Source of the DNA: a virus
Direction: 5' to 3' (one strand)
IMG/VR virus record: IMGVR_UViG_3300031787_000064
Span: 15,662 to 79,661 of that record
DNA length: 64,000 nucleotides
A program made the translations under genes and the position numbers. Below the pieces are notes generated by a model that saw only the letters and a list, made by a program, of their open reading frames with translations, was not told the DNA's origin and did not search any database. Below are positions 59,085 to 64,000 of the stretch, piece by piece. Positions within the stretch are counted from its first letter, which is position 1, and every line of letters starts with the position of its first letter.

Positions 59085-59541
59085 GACGTTCTTTCATTAA
59101 GTCTCTAACATGTACAAATAGTTCATGAGTAGTACCGTCAAATGTTTCCATGATCTGGTCTAACTCATCGTATGTAATTCCTGTAACTACTCTAATCTCT
59201 TTACGAAGGTCTTTGATAATTTGCTTCTCATCTTTCTCGTAGTCGTCCATCAATCGCTTGTACCTTGTTCTAAACAAGCTAACATCATCTAGCATATCTT
59301 CGTAATACTTCTTGCCTTTGATCTTGTCTTCAAGAAGATAGTTCTCATGCATTGCTTGATAGTAATAATCAGAGTGCTCGAAGTCACCATTGAGTATTCT
59401 CTCTTCTAGTGGCTTTTTGTTGTGTAGTGTTTTTCTGTAGAGGTACCTACGCCACCATTGAAATTGGTTGTAGGTTTTCTTTTGCAGTTTAGACAACTCG
59501 GCCTCTAGAAACTCTCTAGATTGTAATACAGGAAATAGCAT
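59044..59541 (-). CDS. Hypothetical protein
   Basis: ORF track, 165 aa. Confidence 0.6.
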   Translation of the reverse strand: MLFPVLQSREFLEAELSKLQKKTYNQFQWWRRYLYRKTLHNKKPLEERILNGDFEHSDYYYQAMHENYLLEDKIKGKKYYEDMLDDVSLFRTRYKRLMDDYEKDEKQIIKDLRKEIRVVTGITYDELDQIMETFDGTTHELFVHVRDLMKERRDAKYRKVQESLR

Positions 59542-59656
59542 AACTTTTATTTTAGTAAACTAATAACAATAACTGTTGATTGCAATATAATAACAAATAA
59601 TGCAAATACGAGAGTTAAAAAGTAAGTAGCCTCTTCAATTTTGTGTTTCATAACCT

Positions 59657-60295
59657 TTATTTAAGCATGTTGTAATGTCTTGGATAGATATGTAGATTAG
59701 TAATGAACCAATGCATATCACCTACTTCATAGCCAGTCTTTTCAGATACTAGCTCCATTAGTTTAGCAAAAGTGTATTGATCATTACAGAATCCGTAAAC
59801 TAGGTCAATTGATCTAGCAAATACAGTTAGTTGTAACTTATCATCTTGAATATAGAAGTTAAGTACATCATTACAAGGTGTGTCGTATTTGTATCGATCT
59901 AACTCGTCTAGATTATAATGTACTACAATAGCTCTACGTGTTTCTTTGTTAGTCTTAAGATCTTCAATGATACGGTTTAGTTGATCGTTGTAATTCCAGA
60001 AGTAGCCATAGTTAGAGTTTACTTCTGTTGTACCTGGTACCATCATTTGTTTCCAGATCTTGGCACGTTCAGATATTTCTGAAGCATCACGATCACCTTT
60101 GAGATACCAATCCCATTCGTAGTCAGCGTAGTCTTTGTTGAACTTACGCTCAGGTGTTGTTACAACTTTATCTTTAGGATTATCGATAGTAAAAGATACA
60201 TTGAACATTGCTTTTGTGCCAGCAAAGTCTTGACCATTTGCCATGATATCACGAAACAAAATCTCGAATGCGTCGGTTGCGTTATTGTACCTCAT
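59657..60295 (-). CDS. Thymidylate-synthase-fold enzyme, dCMP hydroxymethylase-like
   Basis: SNYG, TRRA, DTPC, RSIDLVYGFCND (Asp at the position where ThyA has Asn), NLHIY. Confidence 0.8.
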   Translation of the reverse strand: MRYNNATDAFEILFRDIMANGQDFAGTKAMFNVSFTIDNPKDKVVTTPERKFNKDYADYEWDWYLKGDRDASEISERAKIWKQMMVPGTTEVNSNYGYFWNYNDQLNRIIEDLKTNKETRRAIVVHYNLDELDRYKYDTPCNDVLNFYIQDDKLQLTVFARSIDLVYGFCNDQYTFAKLMELVSEKTGYEVGDMHWFITNLHIYPRHYNMLK

Positions 60296-60695
60296 ACTTC
60301 TCTACTTGTATAAATTGTTTAAGAAAGTTAATACCTTCAGTGCTTCTGTATTCATTCAAATATACAACACGTTTGATTCCGGATTGCAGTATAAGTTTAG
60401 AGCAATCTAAACATGGGCTAAGTGTTAAGTACAAAGTAGACCCATCTACAGAGTTGCCTGTTTTGGCAGCTTTTAAGATTGCTCCCATTTCCGCATGAAC
60501 AACATATGGTAAAGTAACATTGTCTTTTTCACAACAATTATCCATTCCTGGAGGTGTGCCATTGTATGACATGCTTATAATATTACCGTCTTTAACTAAT
60601 ATTGCACCTACTTTAGATCTATTACATTTAGACATAGTAGATATCTCTTTAGCTATGTTTAAAAAAATAGTATCTAGTTGTTTTTGGCTTGGCAT
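60282..60695 (-). CDS. dCMP deaminase
   Basis: YNGTP.G..N, HAE..AI, SPC..C. Confidence 0.9.
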   Translation of the reverse strand: MPSQKQLDTIFLNIAKEISTMSKCNRSKVGAILVKDGNIISMSYNGTPPGMDNCCEKDNVTLPYVVHAEMGAILKAAKTGNSVDGSTLYLTLSPCLDCSKLILQSGIKRVVYLNEYRSTEGINFLKQFIQVEKYEVQ

Positions 60696-61234
60696 ACTCT
60701 TCCTTTTTTATATCCTTCTGGTATTTCTTTACCTTCTTTGATTAATATGTTGTTGACTCCGTTTGTATACCAATGCTTGGGGTGGTACTTTCTTGGTAAT
60801 AAGCTAATTCTTTTGAGATGTCCTGATTCTACATTGTTCTTTCCTTGCATTGCTCCACCTTTTATACAAACTTCTCTTCTAAGTTCTTCATTAAAAAAAC
60901 AGTTTAGTTTGTTTTCTCTACATACTTTAGCTGCAATTTGTCCAGCCAGTTTGTTATCAGACATGGATTGTATTTTTTTCATGAAGCCAGAATCTGCATT
61001 TATTTTCCCTTGTCTTTTTCCATTCATTGATCTTATTTCATTAATCAACTCTTCTTTTGATATTTGCCCAGATAAACATCTCCAAGCAATAAAGTCTTCT
61101 TGCATACCATATTTTTCCCATAATAGTCTATGCTCTTCTGCATGTTCTTCTAATGTTACTAGTTTTATATTTGAGGGATCATCAGATCCTCCTGCGTGTT
61201 TAGGTACTATATGGTGTTTGTACAATTTATTCAT
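60674..61234 (-). CDS. Free-standing HNH homing endonuclease
   Basis: HHIVPKHAGGSDDPSN....EEH...H; C-terminal WYTNG...GY.KGR module; probable true start MNKLYK at 61234. Confidence 0.85.
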   Translation of the reverse strand: MNKLYKHHIVPKHAGGSDDPSNIKLVTLEEHAEEHRLLWEKYGMQEDFIAWRCLSGQISKEELINEIRSMNGKRQGKINADSGFMKKIQSMSDNKLAGQIAAKVCRENKLNCFFNEELRREVCIKGGAMQGKNNVESGHLKRISLLPRKYHPKHWYTNGVNNILIKEGKEIPEGYKKGRVCQAKNN

Positions 61235-61346
61235 AAAAATAAAAGGTCCCAAAAAACAGAGGAGCTACTACCTTCCTAAGTCTTAGGGGACCAATAAGTT
61301 TATTATAGATTGTTGGTAGTAGCAACATTCTATCTATAATAAATAT
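61235..61346 (-). ncRNA. Two-hairpin kissing-loop leader RNA, copy 2
   Basis: Loops CTACTAC (61316-22) and GTAGTAG (61265-71) are exact complements. Confidence 0.75.
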
Positions 61347-61353
61347 CTACAAC

Positions 61354-61776
61354 TTACAATCCTGTTGAACCAAAACCGCCCTTTCTCTCAGTATTGTTCT
61401 CTATATTATCAACCTCTTCTACGTCAAAGTAGCATACTGGAATAAGAACAAATTGTATCAACTTTTGACCTGTTGCTACTGTTTGATCTTTGTCAGATAT
61501 GTTGATAACATGGAGATGTATCTCCAACCTATAGTCTTCATCAACTACACATGCACCAACTTGTAGACCTTGCTTAGTAGCAACGCCTGATTTGTTGAAT
61601 GCAATTAGTGCATAGCCTCTTGGCACTTGTGCTTTGATTCCTGAAGGAATTAATACTGATTGGCCTGGTTTTAGGACAACGGTTTCAAAGTCTTCAGGCA
61701 CATAGAAGTCAATACCTGCTGATACAGAGGTACCTCTACTTGGTGTTTTTACGTTTCGTAACTTTTGTACTTTCAT
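61354..61776 (-). CDS. dut: Trimeric dUTPase
   Basis: SAGIDF, KSG, VVDEDY, Q, RKGGFGSTG. Confidence 0.9.
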   Translation of the reverse strand: MKVQKLRNVKTPSRGTSVSAGIDFYVPEDFETVVLKPGQSVLIPSGIKAQVPRGYALIAFNKSGVATKQGLQVGACVVDEDYRLEIHLHVINISDKDQTVATGQKLIQFVLIPVCYFDVEEVDNIENNTERKGGFGSTGL

Positions 61777-62041
61777 CGTGAATAGCATTTTGATAGTCAT
61801 TTAATGAAGCAATGTAAGCAACACAATCTAAGAGGTTGTCCTCTTTGTGATTGTAAGCTTGTCTCGACAACTTCAGTGCGATCATGCAGTTGTACATGTC
61901 CACAGCAGTTAAGTCTTTTCTTGATAACAATGATGCAATCTTGGCTGCCTCTTGCATACCTTCTTGCATTGGCCCATATTGACGGGCTTTCTCTTCGGAT
62001 CTCTTGTAGATGATCTCGTTAGCTTGTTCTAGTATATTCAT
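61736..62041 (-). CDS. Small nucleotide-modification-associated alpha-helical protein (DUF6378-like)
   Basis: IL.QA..II...R..QYG......M.ALKLSR...K.DN..D..AY. Confidence 0.65.
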   Translation of the reverse strand: MNILEQANEIIYKRSEEKARQYGPMQEGMQEAAKIASLLSRKDLTAVDMYNCMIALKLSRQAYNHKEDNLLDCVAYIASLNDYQNAIHDESTKVTKRKNTK

Positions 62042-62565
62042 AACTTTGTTTTATATATAACAAAACCAGAGAAGTCAGATCCTCCAACCTCAACGTCTTT
62101 TAGCTTCCAATTTGGTCCTAATTGAGATAGTCTTTTTACAACTATCGTTTTATACAATGCGCTCTTTTGTGGATCTGTTTTAGTCAATAAATTCTGAGGA
62201 TCTTTATTAGCTGCAAAGAATACAAGTGCTTCTGTTTTTGGATTGTCTTTCACATACTGTAACACTATATCAGTTACTGTTTTAAGTATTTTGATTAGTT
62301 CTTTGTATGTCGCCTTTTTATATTGTGATTGTTCTCCTTCTATTGTATATTCTACATTAATGGTATTAGGCCTTTTAGTAGGTATATTTAAAAGCTGGAA
62401 CTCTCCAAAAGGTATTACAGATAATTCTACAGTTACTTGCCAACCTTGATCTGTAGTAAATGTATTGTTAGAATACGAGTAAGCTTCTACACCTTCTAGA
62501 TCTCCAACTTCGTTGAGTATATTCAACAAACTAGTTCTCATCTCTAGTAGGCTAAGTTTATTCAT
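62038..62565 (-). CDS. Probable virion-internal protein, paralog of 6597..7076
   Basis: SLLNILNEVGD leader; ATATTTATC motif at 62570-78. Confidence 0.6.
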   Translation of the reverse strand: MNKLSLLEMRTSLLNILNEVGDLEGVEAYSYSNNTFTTDQGWQVTVELSVIPFGEFQLLNIPTKRPNTINVEYTIEGEQSQYKKATYKELIKILKTVTDIVLQYVKDNPKTEALVFFAANKDPQNLLTKTDPQKSALYKTIVVKRLSQLGPNWKLKDVEVGGSDFSGFVIYKTKL

Positions 62566-62603
62566 ATTGGATAAATATAAAACAGATTGGTGAAATGATA
62601 AAA

Positions 62604-63491
62604 TCATTCTCCTAAGTACCTAGTGATATCACTCTTATCACCCCACTCTCGTTGAGAGTCTACGTCACTTGGCTTGATTGTTGGCTTAGGCATGTTTCTT
62701 GCAACATTCCAGAACCAATCTCCTAAGTTGCCGTAACGTTTCATATAGTCCCAACCTTTTGCGTCATAGGTCTTGATACAATCAAATGGAGTATCGATGT
62801 CTGCTTCTTTTAGAAACTCTTTATGGTATGTATAGAATTTAGCTCTACCAAGTTCACCTGGTTGTACATTTCTTGCAACAGCAACTGCGTTAAAGTTTAC
62901 ATGAGGAAGTGCTATCTGTAAAGTTCTTGATAGAACACCTGTAGAAAATACACTCCACATTGTTTCTACACGCTTGTCTTTAAACGCTTCATGAAATATC
63001 TTGACTCCTCCTGCTACTACTTGTTCATGCTTAAGACCAAAAGGTAGATATTTTGCGCCTATCTTTTGAGCAAACTCTTTTGCCCAACCGTTAATAGTTG
63101 GCATTGCAGGTGTTTTTAAGAAGATAGGTGTTGCTCCATCTTCAATTACACGTAGTTGATGTTCAGATGCTTCTTTAGATGCCGGCATAAACAACACTAA
63201 CTTCTTGTTATACTTCTTAGCAAGGTAAGTTAATGAATAAGGAGCATAGCCTGTTCTAGGTGCAACATAAACTAATGTGTCTTCTTTGACTTGACTGATC
63301 ATAAAGTCACCCATCTTAGCTTTAGTCCCGTATTGAAACTCGCCGTCGTCTACAATAGTAAACCCTTCTACTTGTTTTAACTTAAAGTCAAAGTCTGGTG
63401 TGTAGTCCTTTGTCATTTCAAGATAGTAGTTTAAGTCTCTACCATCTGACATGTCTAGATTAGACTGATCTATCGCTTTGTTTATAAACAT
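62604..63491 (-). CDS. PLP-dependent enzyme, fold type II (TrpB/ACC-deaminase-like)
   Basis: DD....GTKAK, G.A..SL, YLPFGL, STGVL, YDAK, FWNVA. Confidence 0.7.
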   Translation of the reverse strand: MFINKAIDQSNLDMSDGRDLNYYLEMTKDYTPDFDFKLKQVEGFTIVDDGEFQYGTKAKMGDFMISQVKEDTLVYVAPRTGYAPYSLTYLAKKYNKKLVLFMPASKEASEHQLRVIEDGATPIFLKTPAMPTINGWAKEFAQKIGAKYLPFGLKHEQVVAGGVKIFHEAFKDKRVETMWSVFSTGVLSRTLQIALPHVNFNAVAVARNVQPGELGRAKFYTYHKEFLKEADIDTPFDCIKTYDAKGWDYMKRYGNLGDWFWNVARNMPKPTIKPSDVDSQREWGDKSDITRYLGE

Positions 63492-63494
63492 TAA

Positions 63495-63938
63495 TTACTG
63501 TTTTTTATCTTGAAGGTCCTTACTCAATTGACTAATAGGTACAGGAGTTCCTACAGGATAAGGAAAGCCTTCTTTAGCAGCAGTGATAGATGTCATTCCT
63601 GATTTAACAGGAATTGCTTTGCGAAGTGGAACTGCCGCTTCATTAAGAGGTCCATATACTTTTGCTAATACGATACCTGAAGATGTTGTATCGAAGATAA
63701 TACCTGGCATTGCAAACATGTTACTCTCACTTGTACTTGCTGAATCAAGGTTTATAACAAATGCACGATTTACAGGCGGTAATAATTCCCACTCATTTGT
63801 TGATGGATTAAATTGAGGTATCAATTTTGTTGAATCATAGTACCAAAATAAGGACCATACAGTTTTATCTGTCCCATCAGGTGTTTGGAAGTTTTCGCTT
63901 ACATTAAATTGTCCATAAGTTCCACTGATTCCTTGCAT
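63495..63938 (-). CDS. Hypothetical protein (may extend beyond the window)
   Basis: ORF track. Confidence 0.5.
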   Translation of the reverse strand: MQGISGTYGQFNVSENFQTPDGTDKTVWSLFWYYDSTKLIPQFNPSTNEWELLPPVNRAFVINLDSASTSESNMFAMPGIIFDTTSSGIVLAKVYGPLNEAAVPLRKAIPVKSGMTSITAAKEGFPYPVGTPVPISQLSKDLQDKKQ

Positions 63939-64000
63939 TGCTAAATTGGAAATAGATGGTCCATCTAGTACAGGACATATTGCGCACCCTTCATCATACT

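Noticed and set aside
282-63816. Most plus-strand ORFs in the track (e.g. 282..494, 4669..4956, 60678..61286) and nested minus-strand ORFs 52604..52792 and 54211..54399
   Set aside because: Antisense or out-of-frame shadows of better-supported genes; only 52141..52398 and 52400..53023 are credible plus-strand genes

Overview
64-kb segment of a large dsDNA tailed phage, most likely infecting Bacteroidota (TAnnTTT[G/A]-type promoters, mostly SD-less A-rich starts, a Bacteroidota-type TonB-dependent receptor and lipoproteins). Almost all genes lie on the minus strand and use the standard code. Layout: 0.2-22 kb is dense with small accessory genes, including three promoter cassettes carrying triple IHF-consensus sites and a possible genome-terminus region at about 3.3-6.4 kb. 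22-25 kb holds homing-type endonucleases. 25.5-44.8 kb is a large nucleotide-sugar/glycosyltransferase cluster (gmd, fcl, rfbH, RmlB-like, TPP enzyme, AroB-like cyclase, aldolase). 45-52 kb holds a nuclease, four tRNAs, a tmRNA and lysis/envelope genes. 53-56 kb is the TonB-dependent receptor. 56.5-63.5 kb is a nucleotide-metabolism and likely DNA-modification block (thyA, dCMP-hydroxymethylase-like, dCMP deaminase, dUTPase, PLP enzyme). The most striking unexplained signal is a ~110-nt two-hairpin leader in front of both free-standing N-terminal-HNH genes. Its two 7-nt loops are perfectly complementary within each copy but differ at most positions between copies, as expected for a covarying kissing loop. 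All calls come from manual reading of the sequence; no searches or folding programs were run.
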